Notes: a model not told the origin generated them from the sequence alone. A stretch of DNA of 64,000 nucleotides from Saccharolobus solfataricus P2 (GCF_000007005.1 NC_002754.1); one strand, 5' to 3'; shown: positions 41,490 through 53,599, counted from the first letter of the stretch. Numbers and translations are program-made.

Positions 41490-42770
41490 TTAATCTCTTT
41501 TATGCAATACTACGAGTATTGCCACGATTATTATAGTAATTACTATTGAGATTGTAAATGAAAGATTAGGAGCGATTACTTTATATGGTAATGATGTATT
41601 AGTATAGTTAAACACGTTAGGATAGGTCTCGAATGGACTTATATAAGTGTTGCCAGCAAAACTTAAGCTAAAAGATGGGAGTGTGGTGGAATTAATAATC
41701 TCAACTACTTCCTCCTTTATTAATGTTCCATTAGGCGTAAAATATAGAACTTGTTGTGCTTGGTTTTGTGAAATGTTATGAACATATTGATACGCAATGA
41801 AGGTTCCTATTGGAGTTGAAACTTTACTTTCTCCAACTAATGTGAATACATTACTGTTCCACGTAATGTTTTTTGCTCCTACATTCACTATGAAGCTAGT
41901 TGGTATGTTTTGAGGTTGATTAATGTATAATACGAAGTTTACTGGCTCTCCTAATAATGAAGCAGGTAATGCTAACTGTTTTCCTGCCCTTAACTGTATT
42001 TGGGTTATCTGTGCAGTTATAGTATTATTGCCAATAACAACTGGATAACTTATTTGTAAATAACCTTCGGGGATAAGAGAGTTTGACAATGGTGAGTAGT
42101 TATACACTGCGTACAAGTATGATCTATTTAAGAAGTTCATATATTGACTGTTTGTTACAGTGGTAAGTGGAATGGTAGAAAGATTTGAGAATGATTCTAA
42201 GATTAGCTCTAAAGATCCATTCTCTAGTTTGGATATTATGCCATTTTGGAGTATATTTACACTAATCTGTTGACCATTTACATTCCCTGAGTAATTGTAG
42301 GAAGTATAATTAACTCCATTAATCATATTAAACGTCTTACCTTTATAGACTAGCGCTATCGTCTCATTCGGAGATATTATCCCATATGAGGTATTAAAAA
42401 TTATACTAGGTTCTATGAAAGGGTAATAAATTGATAAGGGTTGATACAATAAATTTACTTCGTATACTCCTTTTTTAATATAAACAGTGTTTCCAAGTTT
42501 TAAAGTACCGTTAGTGAAGTTGCCACTTATATTGACGTAAACCGTATTTTGAACAAACTTAGTTACTTGATAATATAGCGTATAATTGTAAACATGGGTT
42601 ATTGTCTTATTTGCGACGGTGGTACTATTTATTAGTTTTACAGTATACGTTATGGAAGTAGGTATAGTTGTAGTATTAACGATAGTAGTATTGGCTTGAG
42701 TAATTATCAATGAACCTAAAATTCCCCATGTAATTATTAGGGCCAAGATTGATATTGTTACTGATCTCAT
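41490..42770 (-). CDS. Secreted glycoprotein with C-terminal membrane anchor
   Basis: Signal peptide, Asn/Thr-rich body with many sequons, terminal TM helix ending HKRD. Confidence 0.8.
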   Translation of the reverse strand: MRSVTISILALIITWGILGSLIITQANTTIVNTTTIPTSITYTVKLINSTTVANKTITHVYNYTLYYQVTKFVQNTVYVNISGNFTNGTLKLGNTVYIKKGVYEVNLLYQPLSIYYPFIEPSIIFNTSYGIISPNETIALVYKGKTFNMINGVNYTSYNYSGNVNGQQISVNILQNGIISKLENGSLELILESFSNLSTIPLTTVTNSQYMNFLNRSYLYAVYNYSPLSNSLIPEGYLQISYPVVIGNNTITAQITQIQLRAGKQLALPASLLGEPVNFVLYINQPQNIPTSFIVNVGAKNITWNSNVFTLVGESKVSTPIGTFIAYQYVHNISQNQAQQVLYFTPNGTLIKEEVVEIINSTTLPSFSLSFAGNTYISPFETYPNVFNYTNTSLPYKVIAPNLSFTISIVITIIIVAILVVLHKRD

Positions 42771-42817
42771 ACACAATACACCATAAATCACTTAATATTA
42801 ACTTTTATCATTATTTT

Positions 42818-43243
42818 ATGGATAGGCCTTTAGTAGCTGTAGGTTGCCTTATTGTTGAAGAAAACAAGGTTCTTCTAGTCCAAAGGAAGAACCCTCCAAA
42901 TGCTGGGTTATGGGCGATACCAGGCGGTAAAGTAGAGTACGGGGAAACGTTAGAAGAGGCGTTGAAGAGAGAGATGAGGGAGGAAACTGGACTTGAAGTA
43001 GCTGTGGGTAACATTATATCTATTGTACAAGTAATAAATGAAGGTTTTCACTACGTGATTCTAGACTTTGAATGCAAACCAATAGGCGGGAATCTTCGTG
43101 CCTCCACTGATGCCGTAAAAGTAGAATATGTACCTTTTGACAAATTAAATATTATACAAACTACAAAAACTACCTACGACATGCTGAGTATGTACTTTAG
43201 AGGAGAAAAGCCACCATATTTCATCATTCAAATCTCCAAGTAG
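42818..43243 (+). CDS. Nudix hydrolase
   Basis: [24 protein letters not shown] Nudix box. Confidence 0.95.
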   Translation: MDRPLVAVGCLIVEENKVLLVQRKNPPNAGLWAIPGGKVEYGETLEEALKREMREETGLEVAVGNIISIVQVINEGFHYVILDFECKPIGGNLRASTDAVKVEYVPFDKLNIIQTTKTTYDMLSMYFRGEKPPYFIIQISK

Positions 43244-44636
43244 ATTTATCCTTACTGTCTAATATCCTTACTCCAGCCTTTAGTAATTCTTCCCTTATCT
43301 TATCTGAAATTTCGTATAATTTCATCTGTCTCAATTGATTTCTTATATCTACAACTGCATCTATTATTTTATACATCTTATCATATGTGGGATAGAATTC
43401 TTCATCCATTACTCCAAATACTTCATTGAATTGTTTAAGGGTTTCGAAGGCTAACATAGCCCCAAGGAAATCTCTACTATATTGTAATGTGGAGAATACT
43501 AATCTTACTATCTCGTGTATATATGATAAGGCTGTAGATGTGTCGAAATCATTACTCATGGCTGTATGGAAGTTATTTAGATTATTAAGTATCTCTCTAT
43601 ATACTTTGATATCATCATCTTTAACATAGAACTTAGGTCCCTCAGATATTACATCTCTAATTATTGCCATTGAATCTTTTATTCTCTGTAAAGCGGATTT
43701 TGCTTGCTCTAAGGCTTCCTCAGAAAAGTCTATTGGTGATCTATAATGAGAGGTCAAATACCAATATCTCAAAACCGAGGGTCCCCATTTCTTTATAGCC
43801 TCATTTAATGGTATTATATTACCCAAGGATTTACTCATCTTTTCTTTTCTTATGGTTACAAAAGCGCTATGAACCCAGTATGTAACCCATTTCTCCCCAA
43901 TTAATGCCTCAGTCTGAGCTCTTTCATTTTCATGATGCGGAAATATCAAATCAGCTCCTCCTCCATGAATATCAAATCTTTCACCTAGATACCTAGTTGA
44001 CATAGTTGAACATTCGATGTGCCATCCAGGTCTTCCCTTACCCCAAGGTGATTCCCAATAAGGTTCACCCGGCTTCCACGCTTTCCATAATGCGAAGTCG
44101 TAGGAATGCTTCTTCTCCTTGACGAATTCTTCTCCTTGATTCCATTCTTCTTTTTTAGTGTTTGAAAGTTCCCCATAATTAGGATAAGTATCAACATCAA
44201 AGTACACACTACCACTAGGCGCTACATATGCATGTCCCTTATCTATCAGTCTCTGTACGAAATCAATGATTTCCCTTATATGCTGTGTTACACGTGGGTG
44301 TATATCTATTTTGACTTTAAGTTGAGACAGCATATCTAAGTAATCCTTTGTGAAATAATCAACGATTTCATTCCAATCTTTTCCAATCTCTTGTGATTTT
44401 TTAATTATTTTGTCATCAATGTCTGTAATATTCTGAACTCTAATTACGGTATAGCCTCTTAACCTTAAATATCTTGAAATGGCGTCAAATACCACGAAAG
44501 TTCTTCCATGACCTATATGAACATAGTCATAAACTGTAGGGCCGCAGACGTACATTTTCACTAGATTCGGCTCTACTGTACCAAATTCCTCTAGCTTTCT
44601 CCCAAGCGAATTGTATACCCTAATTCTAAAATCCAT
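43224..44636 (-). CDS. cysS: Cysteinyl-tRNA synthetase
   Basis: CGPTVYD, HIGH, WHIECS and KMSKS motifs. Confidence 0.98.
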   Translation of the reverse strand: MDFRIRVYNSLGRKLEEFGTVEPNLVKMYVCGPTVYDYVHIGHGRTFVVFDAISRYLRLRGYTVIRVQNITDIDDKIIKKSQEIGKDWNEIVDYFTKDYLDMLSQLKVKIDIHPRVTQHIREIIDFVQRLIDKGHAYVAPSGSVYFDVDTYPNYGELSNTKKEEWNQGEEFVKEKKHSYDFALWKAWKPGEPYWESPWGKGRPGWHIECSTMSTRYLGERFDIHGGGADLIFPHHENERAQTEALIGEKWVTYWVHSAFVTIRKEKMSKSLGNIIPLNEAIKKWGPSVLRYWYLTSHYRSPIDFSEEALEQAKSALQRIKDSMAIIRDVISEGPKFYVKDDDIKVYREILNNLNNFHTAMSNDFDTSTALSYIHEIVRLVFSTLQYSRDFLGAMLAFETLKQFNEVFGVMDEEFYPTYDKMYKIIDAVVDIRNQLRQMKLYEISDKIREELLKAGVRILDSKDKSTWRFE

Positions 44637-44648
44637 TATCTGTTCACA

Positions 44649-45539
44649 CTAGTTTATTTTAAATAAATTTGAAGTTAGTTGCCTAGCTTTGGGTATGTTA
44701 TACAGCTTATCTGGTTTCTCGTTAAGTTTTTTAGCCATTTCAAGTGATGTAACTCCGGCTAGTGCAAGTAGACTAGAAATGTTTTTCTCATCACTATTAA
44801 AATATGGTTTTATGACTATTGAGTTTAATACATCTTCAGTAATTTTGTCGATTTCTGAGCTTTCAACGATGACTGATACTAGAGAAGGTCCATGAACATA
44901 GCTTTCTATTTCATTATGATTTATTTCTGGTATTTCGCCATAAAACGCAGGATGCTTAGCGTTCTCATTTATCTCTTGTTTGAATCTTTTTGCGATTGCT
45001 AAGTATTTTGACGAGTAAATTACAGGTATTCTGTTTATTAGTAATTCAGCTAATCGTGTAGCATCGGCCTTTATTTGTTCTTTGGCCTCTATTACTCCTT
45101 CTTTTAATTCCATCTCGTTTATTTTGATACCTCTTCTTTTAGTAGTCATTTTTATTAAGGGTGTGAAAAGATATGGGAAAGCGTATCTAGTCTGAAAACC
45201 CGAAGGTATCTTGATAAGTTTTAAACTCTTCTCTTTAGCTAACTTTTCAAGTATTCCACCAGATGTTATTATTATAACTTCAGATCCAGCTTTTACTGCA
45301 TTTTCTACATCATTTATCGTCTCTGAAGTAGTCCCAGAATAACTTACGGCTATTAGTGACTCTTTTCCCGTGAACTTTCTCTTAAAGGATAGTTCAACCC
45401 CTAAGATGTTTGCTATTTCTCCAACGATTCCACTCCCGCCAATTCCAGAGAACACTATGTTATCGTTCTTAATTTCATGAATGGGAATTCTAAATGCTTC
45501 ATCAAACATTTTATCCCAATTAAGGTAAATTTCATCCAC
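44649..45539 (-). CDS. Bifunctional phosphoglucose/phosphomannose isomerase
   Basis: [19 protein letters not shown] and EINHNE motifs. Confidence 0.93.
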
Positions 45540-45969
45540 CTTTTATCACCACAGATATGGACATGGACGGAGGATTTGAGGACATATTAATAGTTATCGT
45601 ATCTATACCCAGCGATTTATTGTTTTGTTTTAGTACTATGATCATTTCTGAAATCGAGAACGCTAATGAATCTATTATATTCTCTATATTTTCTGAAAGT
45701 TTACTTTTAGAGATTATGGAGAAGACAGCTGGTTGTACTAGGTAACCGAAGATTGAGTTGACTCGCTGTGATATTTGAAAAGTGTAAGAGAGCACATCGT
45801 CCCATCTCTTTTCATCGATACTTTTAGAGAAGGATTCGAACAGAGATTTGGATTTTGATAGCTGGTTTTTTAAGAATCTTAAAAGATCTAACTCATTTAT
45901 TCCTAGTTCACTTTCATTTATTTTATTTAGTTCGACCATAGTATTATCTAATCTTTCAACAGCTTTCAT
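45532..45969 (-). CDS. Hypothetical protein
   Basis: 145-aa ORF overlapping the PGI/PMI start. Confidence 0.7.
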
Positions 45970-46021
45970 GTGTTATATTTTGACCGTAAATATAATAAGG
46001 TTTCTGTGGATTTAATCAGTT

Positions 46022-47347
46022 ATGGAAAGGCTTATTATTATAGGTGGTGGAGCTGCTGGAATGACAGCCGCCTCATGGGTTAGGAGGCTTAAGCCAAACA
46101 TGCATGTAACAGTGTTCGAATCCACTAAGATGGTGAGTCATGCACCTTGTGGTATTCCCTATTTTACTGAAGGTCTCTTCGATGACGAAAACCTATTCAT
46201 GACCTACACTCCAGAATATTTTATTGAAAAGAGAAAGATAAATGTTAAGACAAATTCTAAAGTGGAAGAGGTAGATTTAAGGTCGAGAATTGTCGTGGTA
46301 AGAGAAAATCAAGAGAAAAGGAAATACGAATTCGACTATCTATTATTTTCCACAGGTGCTAGACCTAAGAAGATAAATGCAGAGGGAGATAGAATTTTCT
46401 ATGTTCATCATCCTGCAGAAGCCTCTTATATAAGGCAAAAATTATGGAGTTTTAATAGGATTGCAATAATTGGTGGGGGTATATTAGGCATAGAAATGGC
46501 TGAAGCATTAAGAGCTAGAGGAAAGAAAATAGTTTTGATTCATAGAGGGAGATATTTGCTCAATAAAATGCTAGATGAAGATATGGGTAAGATCGTAACA
46601 GATAAGGTTGAAAGCGAAATAGAGCTAAAGTTGAATGAGAGTCTCGTAAGTGTAATAGAGGAAGGAAGAGTCGTAATAACAGATAAAGGAAAATATGATG
46701 TAGACGCCACTGTAGTTGCTATTGGAGTTGAGCCAAATATTGATCTAGTTAAAGATCAATTAAAAATAGGGCAGACTGGTGCCATATGGGCTGATAACCA
46801 TATGAGAACTAGTGTCGAAAATGTTTATGCAGCTGGGGATTCTACAGAATCGATAAATATCATTACTAAAAAACCCGATTGGGTTCCTTTTGCACCAGTT
46901 GCGAATAAAATGGGTTTCGTCGCTGGAAATAACATAGGTGGTAAAGACGTGACTTTCCCTGGGGTAGTAGGAACAATGATAACTAAATTTGAAGAATTTA
47001 TAATTGGTAAAACTGGTGTTACTGAGAACGAGGCTAAACGATATAACATTAAAACAGTTTCAGCAATAGTTCATCATAAGACTAGGGCTAGATACTACCC
47101 TGGATCTAAAGACATTATAGTGAAGTTAATAGCTGAGGCTGACACTATGCGAATAATCGGCGCTCAGATTGTAGGAGAAGAAGAGGTTCTAGGAAGGCTA
47201 AACATGATGGCTGCTGTTATCCAAAAAGGTTTTACGGCAGAAGATCTATTCTTCGTAGAAACTGGGTATGTTCCACCCGTAAATAGGGTATGGGACGTGG
47301 TTACTTTAGCAGCGAGAAAATTATTTTCCGGTATTAGTGGAGAATAG
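46022..47347 (+). CDS. CoA-disulfide reductase / NADH oxidase family flavoprotein
   Basis: GGGAAG, HAPCG (redox Cys), GGGILG, YAAGD and YVPP motifs. Confidence 0.9.
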   Translation: MERLIIIGGGAAGMTAASWVRRLKPNMHVTVFESTKMVSHAPCGIPYFTEGLFDDENLFMTYTPEYFIEKRKINVKTNSKVEEVDLRSRIVVVRENQEKRKYEFDYLLFSTGARPKKINAEGDRIFYVHHPAEASYIRQKLWSFNRIAIIGGGILGIEMAEALRARGKKIVLIHRGRYLLNKMLDEDMGKIVTDKVESEIELKLNESLVSVIEEGRVVITDKGKYDVDATVVAIGVEPNIDLVKDQLKIGQTGAIWADNHMRTSVENVYAAGDSTESINIITKKPDWVPFAPVANKMGFVAGNNIGGKDVTFPGVVGTMITKFEEFIIGKTGVTENEAKRYNIKTVSAIVHHKTRARYYPGSKDIIVKLIAEADTMRIIGAQIVGEEEVLGRLNMMAAVIQKGFTAEDLFFVETGYVPPVNRVWDVVTLAARKLFSGISGE

Positions 47348-47421
47348 ATCTAGGTTTTATGAATGTTCTTTCAGTATTACCTCATATTTAAATATTACTA
47401 TAATAAAATATGATATGAAAG

Positions 47422-48543
47422 ATGCCTAAAAAGTTAGAGCTTCAAGTATTACTAAAGGACATAATCTCAAAGTATATTGTGAATTATTTAAGTTCCTCCA
47501 GTAATATAAGTCCTAATATCGAGAATCTAGTAGGAGAGGACGATAATAGGGGGATTTTGATTTCTCCTTTAAATGAATTTATCAGAACTGTAAGCTTCGA
47601 GAAACATAGCCAATCTTTGATTTATTCCTTAGACGGCAGTAGTAGAAGTTTTATCTCGTCTAAAGGTATTGTTAGTCTTGCATCTGTAGTAGTATCATCA
47701 ACCATTTCTCCTATTTTAGGCGTCTATCCTCCCATTTCAGGTTTTCCAGAACTAGATCTGAAAAAGCCCTTTTTAGCTTTGGCCTCTTCAGCTCATCAGA
47801 GCCCCCTAATCCCTTTCTTTTATAGCTCCGAATATGTTACAACTTTATCTTTAGATGGTTCTTTCTTTACTTCAGTGAATTCTCCAGAGGAGATAGAAAC
47901 TGAAATAAGAACAATACTTGAAACTGAAGCTCTTAAAAAAATACCAAATGATGGTTCTATTATATTAGATGGCCCCTTAATACCTCCGTTGATTTTCTTA
48001 AGAAGTAAGCCTAGAGATGATATATTAAGTTTACGATTACAAGCCATCAAGGGGAGAAACGTAATTGGTATTGTTAAGAGGTTAGACAAAAGCCGATTAT
48101 TAATCTCTAGCCTTTATAAATTATCCTCTAAATTTATGGAAAAATTTAGGGTTGATCCTAGTAGATATTTTAGTGATGAATCGTTTATACTTGATTTGCT
48201 CAAAGCTAATTTATCTCCTCCTTATTCTCCTATATCTTTAGGTCCCATATTAAGAAATATAGGTAACACGCCAGTCTATGTTAACTATTTGATTTATCCT
48301 CTTCATCCCTACGTTTTCAAATTTGCCATATTGAGAGTAGAGAGTCTTAATAACGATTCCGGAGTAGTAGACCAGATATCTTCCTTAAAGTTTACTAAAG
48401 ACGGTATTCCATTTATCCTTGCAATTGCTGATAGAACTGCAAAGGAGATAACAAATGCCATATTAAAGATTATTATGACCTCATTGGAGAGCATGGGGGT
48501 GCAAGCTAGTTTTTACAGTAAACTTGAGCAGGTGAGAATTTGA
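47422..48543 (+). CDS. NurA-family nuclease paralog
   Basis: SLDGSS, ILDGPL, GIVKR and IADRTAK motifs. Confidence 0.85.
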   Translation: MPKKLELQVLLKDIISKYIVNYLSSSSNISPNIENLVGEDDNRGILISPLNEFIRTVSFEKHSQSLIYSLDGSSRSFISSKGIVSLASVVVSSTISPILGVYPPISGFPELDLKKPFLALASSAHQSPLIPFFYSSEYVTTLSLDGSFFTSVNSPEEIETEIRTILETEALKKIPNDGSIILDGPLIPPLIFLRSKPRDDILSLRLQAIKGRNVIGIVKRLDKSRLLISSLYKLSSKFMEKFRVDPSRYFSDESFILDLLKANLSPPYSPISLGPILRNIGNTPVYVNYLIYPLHPYVFKFAILRVESLNNDSGVVDQISSLKFTKDGIPFILAIADRTAKEITNAILKIIMTSLESMGVQASFYSKLEQVRI

Positions 48544-50369
48544 GCTCAGATGTTCCGTTATATAATGATATAAAGGATAGGATATCTAGGGCAAGAGCAT
48601 TAGCCTTAACGTTGGGTGATTTGGTAGGAAAGGTTTCTAGATATATTCCTAACAAACTTGATGAGGAAAATAATGTCGTAAACGTAACTGTAGATCCGAA
48701 TACTTACTATAAATATCCCTTTCTGGGTAAGATAGGTATCTTTTTGGGTGCTATAGATATAAAGACATTATATTTTGTTTTACTGAGAGTTATAGGTTAT
48801 GAAAGAAATGACGCATCATCTCTCTTTATGGGAGATTCTAATGTATTAAATAATATAGGATTAAGTGATGATGAACCGGGATCATTAATAACTAATGTTA
48901 CCCTAAGATGTGAAATGTTAACTAAGGTAGACTTTCTTTCCTCTTCTGAACCCGATGGTGCAGACATTATATTAGAGCCGCAATCACCGGTGATAATCCC
49001 TAAGGCGGAAGTTATAGAGAGATCTCTAGGTACTACTAGAGGATTATTAAGATTAGGTTTTTTAGATGTTGCATATAGTAAAGTTAGAGTAAGTACAAGC
49101 CTTGATGATCTGAATTTCCATATGCTAATATTAGGGACTACTGGAGCAGGTAAAACTTCATTTATAAAAGACTTAATAGCTGGTCTTAATGTAACTAATG
49201 AGGAAGGTAGTAAGATCTTTATCCTTGATGCTACCGGTGATTATTATCATATTTTCCTGCCTCCAGATAAATCCGATAAGGTAGTTATGAAAGGCGTAGA
49301 GGAATTTACTCAATTGTATGGGGCAATAGTTAAGGGCATCAATGTAGATATCATCTATCCTATCAGCAAATCCTGGGTAAAAAAGTATTTAGATGGTGCC
49401 AAATCTGCTGGGTCTATAACTAAAATGTACTTCGATATGTTTGTAAAACCAATACTTAACCATTTAAATAATAAGGGTATTTCCATTTACGCTTCCATAA
49501 TAAATAATAAGATTATTATTTCCAATGCAGATTGGTCATCTCAAGTTACAGTTTATCCATTTTATTTTAGATTTAAAGATGTAAAGACAATTTTACATAA
49601 GCTTAATCCTTATTTTACTGAGCAGGCGTCACATTTTATAAAAATAATGATAAGAAAAAAGGGTAAAGATATAGCAAATCTAGACGATTTGATAGATCAA
49701 TTTAATGAGAATAGTTTAGAAGGTGTCGAAATTCATAAAAGCACAAGAGAAAATATCGTTAGAGGCTTGTATTTGCTAAAGGAGACCCAACTTTTCGATG
49801 TCGGTGTAGAGAGGTTTCCATTAGGTAAGATTCTTAAAGATTCTTCTTCATCTACACTAATTTTTGATCTATACAATAGTGAGCTTGATGATTTCTCTCA
49901 GAAAATTTTAACATATTATTTCCTAGACCGCTTATTTGAATTTAGGGAGAGGCAAATGCGTAGTGGAAATGTGAAAGGAAGAAATGTGATAATTATTGAT
50001 GAGGCGCATAGGTTCTTTCCATCATCTAAAGGAGGTGAAGAGGATACCAACTATATTAGAAGGGTTGCGGGTAAAATAGCTACCATGATGAGATTGGGTA
50101 GGAGGAGGAAGATTGGTTTTGTGTTTGCCACTCATAATCCTAATGACTTAAGTGATATAATTATACAGTTAGCAAATACTAAGATTATATTTAGAATTAA
50201 GTCAGAAGTTGCTGAAGCTTTAGGTCTGTCTAAGACTGAGGCTAAGATATTAAACTGGGAGAGAAATGGTGTAGCCTATTTGCTGACACCTTGGCTTAGA
50301 GAAGGTAAAATTAAGATAAAAGCTCCGGTGCCTCCTCCATTAGGTCATTACGATTTGTCTAAAACATAA
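48540..50369 (+). CDS. HerA-family ATPase paralog
   Basis: HAS-like N-terminus, FHMLILGTTGAGKT, IIDEAH and LGRRRKIG...ATHNP motifs. Confidence 0.9.
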   Translation: MSSDVPLYNDIKDRISRARALALTLGDLVGKVSRYIPNKLDEENNVVNVTVDPNTYYKYPFLGKIGIFLGAIDIKTLYFVLLRVIGYERNDASSLFMGDSNVLNNIGLSDDEPGSLITNVTLRCEMLTKVDFLSSSEPDGADIILEPQSPVIIPKAEVIERSLGTTRGLLRLGFLDVAYSKVRVSTSLDDLNFHMLILGTTGAGKTSFIKDLIAGLNVTNEEGSKIFILDATGDYYHIFLPPDKSDKVVMKGVEEFTQLYGAIVKGINVDIIYPISKSWVKKYLDGAKSAGSITKMYFDMFVKPILNHLNNKGISIYASIINNKIIISNADWSSQVTVYPFYFRFKDVKTILHKLNPYFTEQASHFIKIMIRKKGKDIANLDDLIDQFNENSLEGVEIHKSTRENIVRGLYLLKETQLFDVGVERFPLGKILKDSSSSTLIFDLYNSELDDFSQKILTYYFLDRLFEFRERQMRSGNVKGRNVIIIDEAHRFFPSSKGGEEDTNYIRRVAGKIATMMRLGRRRKIGFVFATHNPNDLSDIIIQLANTKIIFRIKSEVAEALGLSKTEAKILNWERNGVAYLLTPWLREGKIKIKAPVPPPLGHYDLSKT

Positions 50370-50393
50370 ATACTATTGTACTAATTTAGACTA

Positions 50394-50783
50394 GTGGAGT
50401 CTAACTTAGGAAATGTTATAAATACATTAAAGAGAAAGAAAGATAAGGAAGTTGTTATAGAGTTTTTGAAAACTATTAGGAAATACTTGCCACCCTCAGA
50501 CGACTTTTCCATAACATTATGGAAATCGGGAATTTACGAGTATATTCTAGATAGGAATGGTATAGCAATTATGAGAATAGCTGAAGACGAGTATCTGCCA
50601 TATATGACAGCATATGAGAAAAGAATGGATTACTCACAACTTCCCGATAATCTTGTAAATAACCTTGATTGGAAAGGAATTTTAAGGCAACTAAGGGATA
50701 TTGCCTTGGAGTACGCAAAAAGAGATAAAAGTTTTGACAAGATAGCTGATATGGTTAATAATGTCATACTTGAAAATCTCTGA
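50394..50783 (+). CDS. Hypothetical protein downstream of the herA paralog
   Basis: 129-aa ORF starting 24 nt after the herA2 stop. Confidence 0.7.
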   Translation: MESNLGNVINTLKRKKDKEVVIEFLKTIRKYLPPSDDFSITLWKSGIYEYILDRNGIAIMRIAEDEYLPYMTAYEKRMDYSQLPDNLVNNLDWKGILRQLRDIALEYAKRDKSFDKIADMVNNVILENL

Positions 50784-51717
50784 TACTATTGTTGAAACAT
50801 TTAGATTTATCCATTATGAACAGTCTAATTTTTTAAATAGGCTACATGGAGGTGATATGCTATTCTTCCTAGTGGAGACTGGTATGATATCTGCTTCAAA
50901 AGTTGCCATGGGTACTACGCTCTTAGCCTCGTTAGACGATGTTGTATTTAAGAAACCAGTTAGATTAGGTGATATAGTTAAAGTAAGGGCTAAGACGGTG
51001 TATATAGGTAATACATCCTTGGAAGTTGAAGTTAGAGCGTTTGTTAGAGATGAAGAAGTAGTTTCAGCTTATGCTACGTATGTTAAAGTTGATGATCTAT
51101 TAAGGCCCACTCCAGTTAACGTGAAGATTATGGCAGAGAGTGAAGATGATAAGAGGAAAATAGATGAGGCAAAGAAGAGAAGAGAAAATAGATTATCTAA
51201 AATAGTAAATAGACAGAAGATGAGATTTTATGTTGATGATATTACTGATGGATTAAGATATAGGATAAGTAATGTGATTCATGTATCTCCCGAGCTGACA
51301 TATGATGGAAGAATAATGTCTGCTGGTAAATTACTGAAACTTATGGATGATCTTGGAGGAATAATCTGCTTACGCTATTTAGATCATAACAGTAGTAATC
51401 TTTATGACAATTCTTTTAACGCCGTAGTTACAGTAGCAGTTAAGGGACTAGCATTTTACTCTCCAATAAGGCTTAATGATATAATCCTAATTAGAGCCGG
51501 ACTGGTTTATGTAGGTAATACCTCTGCTGATATTTTAATAAACGTGGTTAGGGAAGATCTGAACGGTGCAAAGGAACATGTAGCTACTGCGTACTTTACA
51601 TATGTTAGAGTGGATAAGGATGGTAAACCTATAAAAATACCAGAATATACGCCCGTTACAGAAAGAGAAAAAAGGCTTTATGAGGAGGCACTAACTCGTC
51701 GAGGTCTGCGTAAATAG
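50761..51717 (+). CDS. Double hot-dog acyl-CoA thioesterase
   Basis: Two repeats: LHGG...FKKPV...GNTSLEV and SAG...FYSPI...GNTSADI. Confidence 0.9.
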   Translation: MSYLKISDTIVETFRFIHYEQSNFLNRLHGGDMLFFLVETGMISASKVAMGTTLLASLDDVVFKKPVRLGDIVKVRAKTVYIGNTSLEVEVRAFVRDEEVVSAYATYVKVDDLLRPTPVNVKIMAESEDDKRKIDEAKKRRENRLSKIVNRQKMRFYVDDITDGLRYRISNVIHVSPELTYDGRIMSAGKLLKLMDDLGGIICLRYLDHNSSNLYDNSFNAVVTVAVKGLAFYSPIRLNDIILIRAGLVYVGNTSADILINVVREDLNGAKEHVATAYFTYVRVDKDGKPIKIPEYTPVTEREKRLYEEALTRRGLRK

Positions 51718-52781
51718 AAATACAATAGGAATAACGAAAGCGCGAAAGAATAGAAGGAAATTTGGTAGCTTGACACTATATTATTGGTAGAACCTGATAA
51801 GAATCCTCCAACAACATTAGCTATATCTTCACTTACATTGAATATTCCAATAATTGTTGCCTTATTTCTTTTTAATCCCTTTATTAATAGTGAGAAGAAA
51901 GAGATATTGTATATTGGAAAAAGTGGACCGAAAACTAGGAACAACAACATCGTACCTTCATATATTTTTAATCCCATAAGAATGATGTAAACTATTGACA
52001 TGACTATCAACGATCTAGCAAACGTCACTAGTAACATAAAATATTCTTCTTTTCCTTTAACTATGTTAATTCCCTTACTGTATATTAATTCTTCTATAAT
52101 ATAGAGAAAAGTATAACTAATAAATATTATATAAGATGGATTTAACATTAGATAGTTTAAAGGCACATATAAGGTATAGAATATTTCAGCTGCCATATTA
52201 AACCAGAAATAAGAGATAATTGGAATGAATAAAATTCTAAGTATTTTGTTTCTGTCAGCAACATCGTAATTAATCCCACCGTCATATTTAGGAATATGAA
52301 TCATATTGAATGCAAGAGAAATTGAGAAGAATATGAGTATAAGGTAATCATTATGATAGAAAGCTGAAAGTAAACTACCTGTAACATTCCCAGCCAAAGA
52401 TATTTGTGATAGTCTAGTATTTCCCAAAACCAACTTTTCTTGGGGAGTCGTTTCAAGTAGTATTGCTGAATATATAGGACCATCTAATGCTGAAACAAAA
52501 CCGCTTAACTCGTAAGCGATTAATTTATTATAATGATATGTTAGGCCAATAATTATACCAAATAATGATAGTAATACAGCATACTCTTTTCTTAACCTTG
52601 TCTTATCAATAAGATACCCCCATATGTAAGATCCTAACGCATTTAACGCGTTATAAATCCCAGTAATTACACCTAATAAAATCAATGATTTGGTCTCGCT
52701 ATAGAACTCTACGGGAAATAATAGACCTATCATTGTGAAGCTTGTTATGATAAAATACTGTCCAATATACTTTCTAATCAC
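51678..52781 (-). CDS. MFS transporter
   Basis: About 12 TM helices; WGYLIDKTRLRK motif A-like segment. Confidence 0.85.
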   Translation of the reverse strand: MIRKYIGQYFIITSFTMIGLLFPVEFYSETKSLILLGVITGIYNALNALGSYIWGYLIDKTRLRKEYAVLLSLFGIIIGLTYHYNKLIAYELSGFVSALDGPIYSAILLETTPQEKLVLGNTRLSQISLAGNVTGSLLSAFYHNDYLILIFFSISLAFNMIHIPKYDGGINYDVADRNKILRILFIPIISYFWFNMAAEIFYTLYVPLNYLMLNPSYIIFISYTFLYIIEELIYSKGINIVKGKEEYFMLLVTFARSLIVMSIVYIILMGLKIYEGTMLLFLVFGPLFPIYNISFFSLLIKGLKRNKATIIGIFNVSEDIANVVGGFLSGSTNNIVSSYQISFYSFALSLFLLYFYLRRPRRVSASS

Positions 52782-52837
52782 AATATTTCAACTAGTAAAG
52801 CAAAACGTTAATAAGAGATATGGTAGTGTCTTATCAT

Positions 52838-53599
52838 ATGAGGTTTAAAGATAAAGTTATTCTAATAACAGGAGGTACTAGAGGGATAGGAAGAGCAATC
52901 ACGGAAGCATTTTTAAGGGAGGGAGGATTACCAATAGTTCTTTATAATTCTGCAGAAGATGAAGCTAAAAAACTGAGAGAGAAAGGAGTTTTTACAATAA
53001 AATGTGATGTAGGAAACAGAGAAGATGTAAAAAAATCTAAGGAAATTGTGGAGAAGGAATTTAGAAGAGTTAATGTAGTAGTCAATAACGCAGGAATAAT
53101 GCTCACAATGCCATTTGAGGAATTTGATGAGGAGAAGTACAATAAGATGATAAGAATCAATTTAAACGGTACAATATATACTACCTACGAGTTCCTTCCA
53201 TTATTAAAGGCATCAGAGAACGGTGCAATAGTTAATATAGCCTCCAATGCTGGTATTGGGACTGCTGCCGAAGGTACTACATTTTACGCAATAACCAAAG
53301 CAAGCATTATAATTCTCACAAAAAGATTAGCCTTTGAGTTAGGAAAATATGGAATAAGAGTTAACGCTGTAGCACCGGGCTGGGTAGAGACTGACATGAC
53401 CTTATCCGGAAAAAGCAAGGAAGAAGTTGAGAGGTTGAGGGATTTATTTAGGAATAAAACAGTTCTAAAAACTACTGGAAAGCCAGAGGATATAGCAAAT
53501 ATCGTATTATTCTTGGCAAGTAATGAAGCGAGATATATTACTGGACAAGTCATAGTTGCGGATGGTGGTAGAATAGACAATTTAACTCATTCATTATAA
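52838..53599 (+). CDS. Short-chain dehydrogenase/reductase
   Basis: [17 protein letters not shown] and NAVAPG motifs. Confidence 0.93.
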   Translation: MRFKDKVILITGGTRGIGRAITEAFLREGGLPIVLYNSAEDEAKKLREKGVFTIKCDVGNREDVKKSKEIVEKEFRRVNVVVNNAGIMLTMPFEEFDEEKYNKMIRINLNGTIYTTYEFLPLLKASENGAIVNIASNAGIGTAAEGTTFYAITKASIIILTKRLAFELGKYGIRVNAVAPGWVETDMTLSGKSKEEVERLRDLFRNKTVLKTTGKPEDIANIVLFLASNEARYITGQVIVADGGRIDNLTHSL

